A stretch of 63,799 nt of DNA, filler included, from Reclinomonas americana ATCC 50394 (GCA_048213135.1; 6 parts of 5 records of this genome joined end to end with filler, not necessarily neighbours in it), one strand, 5' to 3'. Counted from the first letter of the whole stretch, positions 50,525-62,701 are shown. A program made the numbers and translations. The notes: generated by a model from the letters alone, not told the origin.

Positions 50525-51344
50525 GTCCCTTTTTGTTTCTGCGTTCTCTTCGTCATTTTCACCCGCTATGCATTTTTGTTTTCCATCTTGCCAGCGTTTC
50601 CGCGTTCTGCTTCATCGCTCACGTCTCCTCTCTTCATTGGTCCTTCCCTCCTCCCTCCCACGGCTTTCTCTCTCTTCGTCTTTTCGCACTTTCTCTGTCG
50701 TTTGTTTCTCTCCTTCTCGACAACCATACGTTTCCGATCTCTTCATCCTCTCTCTGTTTTCTCGCCATCTCTGTTTCCCTCTATTTACCTCATCGTTAAC
50801 TCTCTTTCTCTCTTCGTCTTATCGCATTGTCACTCTCCTTGTCTCTCGGCTGTCACTCACTTCTTTTTCTTCATCGTGCTCTCCCTCATCGCCCGTGCTC
50901 CATTATCACCCATTGCCTTTTTCTCCCTCCTCTCTCTGTCTCTCTCTCTTTTCCCCTCTCTTCTATGTTTGTTGTCACCGCTCCTCTCGCTCGCCACGCG
51001 ACGGTCTCTCTGTGTTATCCCACCATCCTCCCACTCTCTCTCTCTCCCACTTGTCTTTCTTTTCTTTTTCTGTGGCCCTGCAATTCCCCTCTGTAGTTCC
51101 CACTCTCTCTCAATCTCTCACCTCACTTCAACTATCTTTCCCTCCCCCTCTTACCCTTTTCACCTTTTCCCCCTCCCAGGAATCCTCGGAGACCCGCTAC
51201 CAGGTGCGACAGCAGAGACCAGAAGTGGATTATGTAACGCGCATACCGTGCGGCACGTGTCCAGTGTTTGAGCGCTGCGAGGTCGACGGCGACGACATTT
51301 CACCAGCACGCTGCATCTACCTCACCAAGTGGCTAGACTGGTAG
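46960..51344 (+). CDS. POLR3F: RNA polymerase III subunit RPC6/C34 with C-terminal Fe-S Cys motif
   Basis: [64 protein letters not shown] and [12 protein letters not shown]...[15 protein letters not shown]. Nine exons in frame. Confidence 0.96.
47130..47990 (+). repeat. (ACTC)n/(CT)n/(CA)n microsatellite filling intron 1 of POLR3F
   Basis: Long imperfect TCAC array seen directly. Confidence 0.95.
48160..49040 (+). repeat. ~70-85 bp minisatellite in intron 2 of POLR3F
   Basis: Unit GCAGCATCCAYGCCCTTACACCTGTGCCTCTTCTCGTTGCAC...TGCTCTCTGCC repeated about 11 times. Confidence 0.92.
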
Positions 51345-51488
51345 GGAGGAGACACAGGCAATGTATGTGCGCGTCCCGAACGCTATCGCTTTCCTGCACA
51401 CTGCCATTTCATTCGACCGCGAGGTATCACCCGTTCTGCACAATGATAAAAAGAAAACAGAGAGATCGTGTTCCACCCTCCATCTGTC

Positions 51489-52235
51489 TCAAATCACCAG
51501 GCGATCCACGCCACCAATCGACGCGCCAATATCGGGATCCTCGTGCACCAAGTACGAACCGGCCTGTCCTTGCGAGTACAGCTGCAGCTTGCAGTCGAGC
51601 AGGCGGTTGAGGTTGCCAAACATGAGCATCTGTCGCATGTTGGGGACCTTGTTGGTCTGCGACAGGGGCAGGCACCAGTGGTCAGCCACAAGAGACCAAA
51701 AAAGAGAACAATGCCGACCGCGACGCACCTCAATCTTGCCCTTGTCCTCCTTGAGTTGCACCGCGCGCTTCTCCAGTTCGCGAGCGTGTGCTTTGAACAT
51801 GTCTTCGCGAGTGGCGTATCGGCTGGAGAACTGTCGCTGGCCCATGCGGAAGTCGAGCTCCTCCTCCACTGCACGACGAGAGAGAATGAGGAAAAATGCG
51901 GCGATAAAGGTGCTGAGTGGGCGGGACACACCTCTGCCCAACGACGCCTGCACCACACGCTTCTGGCAGTGGATCAGGTGATAGAGGCTCTCCTGGGCGT
52001 GGCAGTCCTCCACCAGCAGTTGCACCTCGCGTTGAAGGCGATCGGACTCGCTGTGGGGAGAGGGCAAAGAAGAGTTAAAGCGAGGCGTGAATAAGGGGGT
52101 GGGATGAGAGAGAGACAAAGGCAAAGACACACAAAGTTGCAAAAAGAGGCTGAGAAAGGGAGGGAAAGAGAGAGAGAGACTGAGCCAAAGACACACCAAA
52201 CATTAGGAGACAGAGATAAAAGGAAAGCAAGATGG

Positions 52236-52285
<50 letters not shown>

Positions 52286-52350
52286 CGAGTGTAGAAACAA
52301 ACACGCAGATTGACAGACAGTCACAGAGACAGAAGGGCCATTAGACATCG

Positions 52351-52401
<51 letters not shown>

Positions 52402-52828
52402 NNNNNNNNNNNNNNNNNNNNNNNNNNNNNNNNNNNNNNNNNNNNNNNNNNNNNNNNNNNNNNNNNNNNNNNNNNNNNNNNNNNNNNNNNNNNNNNNNNN
52501 NNNNNNNNNNNNNNNNNNNNNNNNNNNNNNNNNNNNNNNNNNNNNNNNNNNNNNNNNNNNNNNNNNNNNNNNNNNNNNNNNNNNNNNNNNNNNNNNNNNN
52601 NNNNNNNNNNNNNNNNNNNNNNNNNNNNNNNNNNNNNNNNNNNNNNNNNNNNNNNNNNNNNNNNNNNNNNNNNNNNNNNNNNNNNNNNNNNNNNNNNNNN
52701 NNNNNNNNNNNNNNNNNNNNNNNNNNNNNNNNNNNNNNNNNNNNNNNNNNNNNNNNNNNNNNNNNNNNNNNNNNNNNNNNNNNNNNNNNNNNNNNNNNNN
52801 NNNNNNNNNNNNNNNNNNNNNNNNNNNN

Positions 52829-52859
<31 letters not shown>

Positions 52860-54545
52860 TAGAGACGTACGACGACGACGACGACGACGACGACGACGTA
52901 CGACGTACGTACGAGACAGACCGAGACAGAGAGAGAGAGAGACTGAGCCAAAGACACACCAAACAATAGGAGACAGAGATAATAAGAAAGCAAGACAGAA
53001 ACACACACAGAGTGAGAGTGAAACAAACACGCAGATTGACAGACAGTCACAGAGACAGACGGGCAAACAGACATCGAGAGGAGAGAGTGACAATGAGAGG
53101 CATGAGAGACGATAACAGATAGAACTAAAAAACAGCGCACGCACCAGAACATAGCTCGCACACACACACAACACACACATACACACACTCTCTCTTTCAA
53201 AGTCTCACATACATGCATGCAGGACGAGATTAACACGGTAGACAAACAGACAGACACGACAGAGGCGACGAAACATAACAACTGCAAGACGCAAGCCGCA
53301 ATCGGAACAACTAATTCTACACACAGTTCACCGCACGCACTTCTCGTCCTCTCTCTCTCTCTCTCTCTCCTCCTCCTCTTCCCTTTCTTTCCCTTCAATC
53401 CCCTTCCCCGCCCCTCCGCCTTTCCCCATCAATTACCTCTCGAGACCAACTCGGGTGTGCTCATACGTCGATTTTCTCTCCTCATACACCACCTCGACCT
53501 CGTGCACGCGCGCCTTCAGCTTTTGCAGCTCTGTTATGTGCGGCTGCAGGTACACACGTTTTTGCTGCGCCACATCATTCATCAGCAACCGACACTCGAC
53601 TCTTAACAGATCTCTCTCTCTTCCCCCCACAAACCTCGAGCTTGGCATTGAACTCCTCCACTCGGTGCGAGTACTCCTGCAGCAATCGCTCATTCATCTC
53701 GTCCATATCGCCCTTCATCTCCGACACGCGTTCCATCTTGGAGTGCGCGTCGCGGAAGCCAGACACGCCGTGCTTGGCTTCGGCTGTGCACGCGAAAAAA
53801 GTGAGTCCACGTCACTCAATCTTTTCCCCCCGCGCCTCGACGCAACTCTCGGCAATCTGGCCCTGCAGCTTCTCGCTCTTGCGCGCCAGCAGTTGCTCTG
53901 TGCGCGCCAACACGGCCTCCTCGGCGTGCAGCGCATCCAAATCCTTCATGAGCTTCTTGGCGCGGCCCGACTTGTCGCGCAGGTCGGCCACAAACTTTTT
54001 CATTTCCTCACCGCCCTTCGGAATGCGCTGAGGGACAGGAGTGGAAGTGTGAGTAGGCAGGCAGTTGGAGGGAGAGAGGGGGACCGCAGTTGGAGGGAGA
54101 TAGGGGGAGAAGGGGAGGAAAGGAACGGGGGAAACAGCGCTGTCTGACACAGTGCACCCGTCGCTCGGCGCAAATTGTGGCAAGTAGAATGCCACGCGTT
54201 GAGCGCGCGCAAAGGGTGCACCAGGCCAACATCCCAACAAGGGTGTCGCTTTTGCCCAGAACTAGAGTCAACGAGCCTTGGCATAGGTGTCATCGTTGAC
54301 AGGGAAATTTCGTGGGCGATGCCAAAAAGGGGAAGGAGAGCAAGAGACGGGAATGAAGCAGACAGGAAAGAACCCACGGTATCACGCAACTGCACCAAGC
54401 AGCACTCCAGAGGGATCCTTCTCGCGCAGCTTGCTCTCGTATGCAGCCTGCTCCTCACGCAGCCTCTGCAGACGCTCCAAGATGTCTTGTTTCTTCTTGG
54501 CGACAATGTTGGCTGTCGACAAGCGACGGTGAGTGCGTCAGGGGC

Positions 54546-54585
<40 letters not shown>

Positions 54586-54646
54586 AGAGAGAGAAGAGTG
54601 ACTCGTACTGCGTCNNNNNNNNNNNNNNNNNNNNAGAGAGACAGAC

Positions 54647-54683
<37 letters not shown>

Positions 54684-57600
54684 CACATATACATACAAAA
54701 GAACACACGAAGACACATTCAGACATCGGGTCACTTCACGCCCTCGTCAGCCGTCTCGCAAAACACCCACAACGCAACTGCTTCTGCACCTCCGGCTGGC
54801 GAACCTGCAGCTCCTGCACCTCTGTGCGCAGCTGCGACAATTGTCTCTCCAGATCCTTCGGATCCACATTGTCGTACACAATGCGGGTGAGACGATCGAC
54901 CTGCTCACCAACATCATCAGAAATTGCCACACTTCCCCCAGCGAGTCACAAAAAGAAGACCGCACGCAACATCCTGTCGCATGTGGTCAATGTCGCGCGG
55001 CAACTGCTCGCGGCAAATGTGGCGCTTCTCGGCCACGTCGCGCTCCAGTCGCTGCTTCATGCCCTCAATGCCCACGGAGCGCGTCTCCGCCTGCCGAAGG
55101 AGAGAGAAGACGTGAGAAGCGCGAAGGAAGGAAGTGACAATCGAATGCATTGACAAACCTCGACTTCCTTTTGCTTGCGCTCGGCTGCCTTCAGCTCCTT
55201 CTTTCGTTGTGCCAACTGCTTCAACTGGTCCTCCAGCTTATCCTTCAACGTGGACTCCTCCTGCTTCTCCTTGCGCAGCGCACCGACGGTTTGCACGAGA
55301 CGGTCGACGTGGGCCTGCACAGGAGTGAGTGAGTGAGTGAGTGAGCAGTGGAAGACAGAGCGTGCCTTCATCATCTCATCTCACCGTGTCGTCCAACTTG
55401 CGCTTCGCCAGCGCAATCTTTTGTGTCAGCTGCTCCTTCTGCTCCTCCAGCTTGGAGATCTCCTCACGCGTCTGCGCCGGGTACTGCTGCAGATTGCGCA
55501 TGCTGTCGACAGTCTTGTGAATCTGCTTGAACTGATCGGTGGCCGATTGGTAGGCTTGGAAGGTCTCCATGAGTTCTGCCAGACAACACCATGAGTGAGG
55601 GAAGAAAAGGATAAGAACCGTGATATCGTTCTAATTTGCTATCTCTCCACACAGACGCCAACAGTCGCACTCCCAAACTCTCTTATTCGCCCCGCACTCA
55701 CTCGCTCCAACACACCCAAGCCTACACTCTCTCACTTGCACACTCGCGCTCTCTCATGCATAAGTGTCACATTGAAATGCAGTCGTTCTCTAAAACTGTG
55801 GTGTTGGTACGTACAGAGCGCACATCTCGGTCCCTTGTTCTCTCTCTCTCTCTCTCTTTCCTTCCCTCTATCGTATTCCCCCACACTCGACGTTCACACT
55901 GCCTTCTACCCGTTCTCTCGTGCTCCTCTGATCGCTTCTCAGTCATCTTGTGTCAGCGCGAGTGGAAAAAGAAGTCTTTCGGTTCCCTCTCTCTCTCTCA
56001 CTCTCTCCCTCGCCCTCTCTTCCCCCGACAATCACCATCATCCGTGTGCAACAACTCATCCGGCACCGTAATGGCGAGCAGGAAGCGTGACAGATACACG
56101 CGCTTCTTGAGATCGGCGGTCTTCTTGAAGATCCACGACATGAGCGGATAGATGGTCATGCGGTCGCCGTACAGCAGGCCCTCGCGGAATTCCCCACTGT
56201 GGAGAGAGGTGGAGTGAGAAGGCGACGAAGATAGACAGAGTGAGATGCATGGCACTTGCACGCAACATCTCACGCGGCGGCTTGTAGTTCAGGACTCGCA
56301 CGACGAATTGCACGATGCGGCCGAGTTGCTGCTCCGGGGTGAGGCCTGCGGGCGTCGAGGGAGGAGAGTGATGATGATGAGGGAATGGGGNNNNNNNNNN
56401 NNNNNNNNNNNNNNNNNNNNNNNNNNNNNNNNNNNNNNNNNNNNNNNNNNNNNNNNNNNNNNNNNNNNNNNNNNNNNNNNNNNNNNNNNNNNNNNNNNNN
56501 NNNNNNNNNNNNNNNNNNNNNNNNNNNNNNNNNNNNNNNNNNNNNNNNNNNNNNNNNNNNNNNNNNNNNNNNNNNNNNNNNNNNNNNNNNNNNNNNNNNN
56601 NNNNNNNNNNNNNNNNNNNNNNNNNNNNNNNNNNNNNNNNNNNNNNNNNNNNNNNNNNNNNNNNNNNNNNNNNNNNNNNNNNNNNNNNNNNNNNNNNNNN
56701 NNNNNNNNNNNNNNNNNNNNNNNNNNNNNNNNNNNNNNNNNNNNNNNNNNNNNNNNNNNNNNNNNNNNNNNNNNNNNNNNNNNNNNNNNNNNNNNNNNNN
56801 NNNNNNNNNNNNNNNNNNNNNNNNNNNNNNNNNNNNNNNNNNNNNNNNNNNNNNNNNNNNNNNNNNNNNNNNNNNNNNNNNNNNNNNNNNNNNNNNNNNN
56901 NNNNNNNNNNNNNNNNNNNNNNNNNNNNNNNNNNNNNNNNNNNNNNNNNNNNNNNNNNNNNNNNNNNNNNNNNNNNNNNNNNNNNNNNNNNNNNNNNNNN
57001 NNNNNNNNNNNNNNNNNNNNNNNNNNNNNNNNNNNNNNNNNNNNNNNNNNNNNNNNNNNNNNNNNNNNNNNNNNNNNNNNNNNNNNNNNNNNNNNNNNNN
57101 NNNNNNNNNNNNNNNNNNNNNNNNNNNNNNNNNNNNNNNNNNNNNNNNNNNNNNNNNNNNNNNNNNNNNNNNNNNNNNNNNNNNNNNNNNNNNNNNNNNN
57201 NNNNNNNNNNNNNNNNNNNNNNNNNNNNNNNNNNNNNNNNNNNAGTTCTGTAAACCTCAGAAGCGATAGATCGCACGACGCCCGTGCAGCACACAGTCTG
57301 GGCACTGAGCAGTAGCGACAGTCCTCCCTTCTCCATTCGTTCTCTCTCTCTCATTTCTGAAAACAGACTGCTTCATCTTGCCTTTGACCCTCGACTCCCT
57401 TGACCCTTGACCACAAGGACAAGAGGCACAAACAGCTCCTCTCTTCTGGATCTCTTCTCTCTCTCTCTCTCTCTCATTCATATCACAGTCGGTCTTGACA
57501 AACAGACTACAGTAGCGACAGCCTTCCCTTCTCCTCTCTCTCTCTCATTCTTATCGCAGTCGGTATCGTCTCGACAAACAGACTGTCTGGGTGCTGAATA

Positions 57601-57888
57601 GCGTTGACTCCCTTGTGCTCTCTCTCCAATTCTGTGCACAGACTGCTTCATCTTGCGACAAGCACAAGGACAAGAGGCACAAACAGCTCCTCTCTTCTGG
57701 ATCTCCTCTCTCTCTCTCATTGTAATCACAGACGGTATCGTCTCGACAAACAGACTGTCTGGGAGCTGAATAGCAACGAGGACTCCTTGTGCTCTGTCTC
57801 CAATTCTGCTTGAACATGCAACCAGCACAACGTCAACAAGCACAAACACGAAGTGAATAGCAGCGATAACTCCCATGTGCCTCCCCTT

Positions 57889-57936
<48 letters not shown>

Positions 57937-58055
57937 NNNNNNNNNNNNNNNNNNNNNNNNNNNNNNNNNNNNNNNNNNNNTTAATTAATTAANNNNNNNN
58001 NNNNNNNNNNNNNNNNNNNNNNNNNNNNNNNNNNNNACACACACACACTCACACA

Positions 58056-58148
<93 letters not shown>

Positions 58149-58295
58149 TCTCTCTCTCTTCTCCCTCTCACTGTCACGCAACGTCAGCTCGAGGCCAAGG
58201 TGCTCATTGAGTCCAGAGACAATGATTGACAACTCATGTGGCAAGTGGCCTTCGCCAGACACGCCACTGGGAGAGCCGAGACCAGAGTCTGTCAT
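51489..58295 (-). CDS. IFT81: Intraflagellar transport protein 81
   Basis: VLNYKPP...FREGLLYGDRMTIYPLMSWIF...LKKRVYLSRFL..I.VP, KKFVADLRDKS, GVSGF...MERVSEMKGDMDEM, ESLYHLIHC, PNMRQMLMFGNLNRLLDCK and terminal DRLVI*. The likely first exon (ELSIIVSGLNEHLGLELT) lies beyond the spacer at 57937-58036. Confidence 0.93.
57290..57810. repeat. Degenerate tandem duplication inside the 5' part of IFT81
   Basis: CACAAGGACAAGAGGCACAAACAGCTCCTCTCTTCTGGATCTC at ~57412 and ~57664. CGGTATCGTCTCGACAAACAGACTGTCTGGG at ~57561 and ~57733. Confidence 0.85.
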
Positions 58296-58664
58296 TGCTA
58301 ACTCGTGTGTGTGTGAGAGAGAGAGAAGAGAAAGAGTACGCAAGCCCACTCTCTTCGGCGGTTGAAAGGGTGTCGGACTGTAGACCATCGTCCGTTATGT
58401 AAACTGCAATTCAGTTTTCGTAGTAATCGCCAGCCTCGAGCTCCAGAGACTGGTACTCACCAAGAAGCAGCACGATAAGATAATGCTTCAACGACTGCCA
58501 CTGGCATGCGACGTCGCATCTCACAAGATGCATCATTCACGAGCTACATATCCACAAATCCCTTGCCGACATTGACCTTGGCACACCACCAATACTACAG
58601 AGGTACAGTTGCTGCTCTTTATCTGCCATCTTCCCTTTCAGCAGGCTACGCCATCGCCAATTAA

Positions 58665-58918
58665 AGGGACAGTTACCACTATAAAAGGCGAAATTTCAGA
58701 TTTCGCGCTCAGATGAAGATTTTATAGTGGGTGAGGAGAGGAGACAACTTGCTTCACGAGAGACAAGAGAGACAGGTGTTCTTGACTAGACGTGTGTGGG
58801 AGTGTCTGGCGTCTCTGCTGGTGTGAAGATGAGTGGTCAGAGATGTCAGAGAGATGAGAAAAGAGAAGTGGAAAGTATTTTTACGGGTGGACACAGAAAA
58901 TTTGGTGCCACTGTCCCT
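58665..58918. mobile_element. Non-autonomous DNA transposon (MITE), Kolobok-type
   Basis: TTAA (58661-58664) + AGGGACAGT ... ACTGTCCCT + TTAA (58919-58922): a 9-bp perfect TIR with AGG..CCT ends and a TTAA target-site duplication. 254 bp, no transposase. Confidence 0.7.
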
Positions 58919-59271
58919 TTAATCGCGCTTTCCCCCAGTGTCTGTCTAACGCTGCAAGGGCGTGGGTGGTGCACAGGGTCAGCCAGTGTGCAATCTGCAG
59001 TCTGGGTCTTTTCCCCGGCGACTGCAAGCCACCTGTATGCATGGTCTGAGGTCGACGTTCGTGCATATGCAATTGTTGCCCGCAGCGTCCATATTTTGGG
59101 TTTTCGAATTCTCACTATCGACAATTCCTCCTGAGAAGAAGAGCAGACGACTGGGTTGGTTTTGAGGCTCATGTCCTGTGTACGGATCTGCAGCGACAAA
59201 TGAAATCGCGGGACGGCGGCGGAAACGCATTTTATTTTGTTGAGTTTTGATTTGTTCTCTGAGCCATCGTC

Positions 59272-60314
59272 ATGACGTCCACATACCTCCTCGCTTGCCT
59301 CTTGCTTGTGATCTTGCTGGCCGTGGCTGTGATCACCACTGTGGTGCGTGTCAGCCTCGCGGTTTCATGATCAAACGTTAACCACCTAAATTTATCCGCG
59401 CATGCCGTGCATTGATTGCTCGTGACACGCAGGTTGCTTCTGATCCTGTCGTGGTCGACAACAACTATCGCGATGAGGCGCACGCATCAGCGGATTCGCT
59501 GTCGGGTCGACTCTTCAACGCAACTCTTGATGTCGCCAACTCGGCATTCCAAACGAAGTTTATCCAGGGCATCAAGGCCGGCACGCTGAACCCCGATCAG
59601 TATGGCGCTTACATGGTGCAGGATGTTGTCTACTGTGCGAGAGGTAAGTGACGATCATTCATTGTGTGCCGAAATGAGCTTTTATTGAATCATTTCCGGC
59701 TGACAGCAACCAAGACCTGGCAGCTGCTGGCGGACAAGTACCCGAATGACCCGTACCACTCGTTTTTCATGCAGCGTGTACAGAGCTATACCTCCTACAC
59801 GAACAGCATGATGCAGCAGTGGGGAATCGGAGACGTGTCCGGCATTGTGCCTAATACGGCCGTGACAGATTACAGCAAGTTTGAGCAAGATGTTGCCACT
59901 GGCATGCAGCCAGTTTACTCGCTGGTGAGACACTCTGCTAATACGGGTGTTGCACTTGTCGCTGCGGTACAGTTTGCACTGTTTCTAATGTCTGTGAGGC
60001 GCTGTGTGCATGTGCATGCGCAGGTGTCGCAGCTGGCTTGTGAAATGCTGTGGCCGTGGCTGGCCAACCAGCTCGTGCCGAGTGCCGGCAATGCTTACTC
60101 GGTGTGGATCACCGAGAATCAAGGCACCATGTTCGGTCACTTGGCTGTGTTCCTCGACCAGCAGGCACAGGAGTTGCGTGGCCTTTTCTCAGGCATGCCA
60201 TTTTGCTTATCGTCTCACACCACGGATATCAGCGCCGACTTCAACACCGCGCTACAAGTATTCCGGCAGGCGATGAACCACGAGTTGGCGTTCTTCAACT
60301 CGGCCAACCAGTAG
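59272..60314 (+). CDS. TenA/THI-4 family (thiaminase-like, haem-oxygenase-like fold) protein with signal peptide, 5 exons
   Basis: Leader MTSTYLLACLLLVILLAVAVITT. Motifs FIQGIKAGTLNPDQYGAYMVQD, LACEMLWPWLA (catalytic-type Cys), YSVWITEN and FRQAMNHELAFF. Confidence 0.85.
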
Positions 60315-60584
60315 CCGCTGTGCATCGGTGTTGAATTCGAAGCCACCGGAGCGAGTTGCACGTGTGTGCTAGGTTTTCTCCTTTTCTGATGTGATGTCAT
60401 CGACATAATTGCGCCTTTGTTCGCCACTGCTATTGTACATACCTCCAATGAAACCAGGCGGAAGTCTCGGCGCCAAGCGCGTGCGATTTCCACGAAACCG
60501 CGCGGCCGCCTTTGCCTCTCTCCCTCTCCTCCAAACAAAAAGCCATTCATTAATCCATTGCTCCCCACCCATCCTCCCCCCGCG

Positions 60585-61044
60585 TCACACTTGCGGCAAT
60601 CCCACCGCCGACCCACCCACCGAGATCGGCGTCTTCAGCGCCGACTGCTTGGCCATCTGCCGCAACTCGGCAATCACCTGCCGATCCTCGCGCGCCAGCT
60701 TGGTCTGCACCGAGCGCAGCTCCTGAATGCGCTCATTCAGAATCTCACGCTCCGTGTTGCGGCGGCCGCTGACCCTAAAGTTCTCGCGCATCGTCTTGCA
60801 GCGCTCCTGCCCCAAGGCGGCAATCTCCAGCGACAGCTCCTTCGACACCTCCTCAATTACGTGTTTGCGGGCGCGCAGAATCACCTCGGCGGTGCGTGGC
60901 GTCGCGCCAGCCTCCACCATGCGCTGCTCGATGCGATGCGGATCCTCCGGCTGCACCATGTGCTCCATCGGTCGCAGCTGCAGATTGGCGATCAAATTGT
61001 GCGGCAACATCGACGGTGCTTCCGTGCTCGCAATTGCTGGTCGT
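60585..61044 (-). CDS. 3' exon of an unknown helical/coiled-coil protein (5' truncated at spacer)
   Basis: Open GC-rich frame ...EREILNERIQELRSVQTKLAREDRQVIAELRQ...PQV* with codon style like the other genes. Confidence 0.6.
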
Positions 61045-62701
61045 NNNNNNNNNNNNNNNNNNNNNNNNNNNNNNNNNNNNNNNNNNNNTTAATTAATTAA
61101 NNNNNNNNNNNNNNNNNNNNNNNNNNNNNNNNNNNNNNNNNNNNAACCGCTGGGTCACAGCGGTGGTGGTTAATGAGTCTCCTGGAGACCTATATTCAGT
61201 CTTCAGATCTTCATCTTCACCAACAAACAAGCGAACACAGATACCAGTCTGAAGATAAAGACAACAGCCAGTTTCAACAGTGAACGATCAGAGTCAACAC
61301 AATGACGGGAGTTCACTTGGTTTCTTTTCGAGCCTCGGTTAAAGCAAGACCCGAGCGAGAGAGACAAAAACTTCCAATAGTGAAGATAATGCAAAAGCAG
61401 ATAACGTAGAAGCCAAAACGACCGTAGTCGCCGTGACCTGTATTGCCAATGGCCGCACGTAGCACACCACCATCGAGGAAAACGCAGGGAGGAGAGAGGA
61501 GAGAGAATGGAGATTCACGATCCAGCGCTTAATTCCGGAAGCAATGCTCTCATGCAGGTGAACATGCTCCAGATAATGACGGTGCCACCACGGGTGCCGC
61601 GCCACCCTCCGTCGTCTCAAGCAATCGACAAGAGACAGGTCATGGCCTTGCGCGCCTGCACACGCTTGCCCCTGCCATAGTCATCTTGCTGATCCAGCGG
61701 CGCTGAAAGGCCGTCGTAAAGCCTCTTGGACATGGATGATGTGGTTGACTGTTGTCTCTCTCAACAGGAAAGAAAGTGAAAAACAAGAGGAGTGTGTAAG
61801 ACTCCGATCGTATTTTCACTTTATGAAACCATGATATTCCAACAGTGGAAATCTGGAATGTAGTGGTCGAGGCGCGACGCAGCTGCACAGTCTCGACAGC
61901 GCTAGCAAGCGATCCGTATCATCACTGCTTCACCAGTCTTGATGTTGATCATGAGAGCAGCGGCAGGTATTCTTGTTATTATATTAGCACTATAATCTTC
62001 ACCAAATAAGCATGGTAGTAGTGACATCCTACTCGGGAGAAGACCATAGCCAGGCAAACATAAACAAAGCCGGGTCCGGATCTGAGAAGCAAGCGAAGCA
62101 TTGGAGACTTCGTAATCGAGAAGCAGCTGCAGGCAAAGCAAAAGCAGTGGAGGTGTGGCGTGGTTGAAAAACAGAAGATATCTTGTCAAGTTGTTGGTGA
62201 GGCTCATATCGGTGGTGGCTGGTGGTGGGCGCAGTTGTTGTTGCTGTTGTTGTTGTTGTTGTCGCATCAGTGATTTCAACACTGTGACAGCCACTGACCG
62301 GTGGCCGCACAGTGAGAAACAAGAGGACTGAGGGTTGAAGACGACGTTGACCACAGACACGGTGTTGTCGTCATTATGTACAGTGATGGCGGTGGAGGGG
62401 AAGAACGTGCAAGACATGCTGGTTGCGTGAAAGCAAGGCCAGTGTCAGCAGTTACTGCCGTGCAGAGATGACGCGAATACTGGCAGCCACGTGTGCCGCC
62501 CAAATGACATGATCGTGTCGGGCGACAGACACACAGCACCTCTAAATATATATTCAAAATCTCCAGATCTCCATTTACACTGGAGGAAACTTGCTGGTGA
62601 TTGATTGAGTGCTAACACGAACTGCCACAGCCAGAACGACAAATCGCCAACAGAATTACAGATATCGATCTCCAGCTAACTTCGAAACATCAATCTCAAT
62701 A

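Noticed and set aside
1275..60173. Non-GT intron ends (reading the GTTGCG sites as G|TTGCG donors)
   Set aside because: Frames and conserved motifs are restored with ordinary GT...AG boundaries, so no non-GT donor is required.
58400..60314. TPP riboswitch near or within the TenA-like gene
   Set aside because: A CTGAGA occurs at ~59131, but the downstream CCTGA/TAAT..C.G.AGG core and pairing stems are not evident there or in the introns. An Infernal TPP search would settle it.
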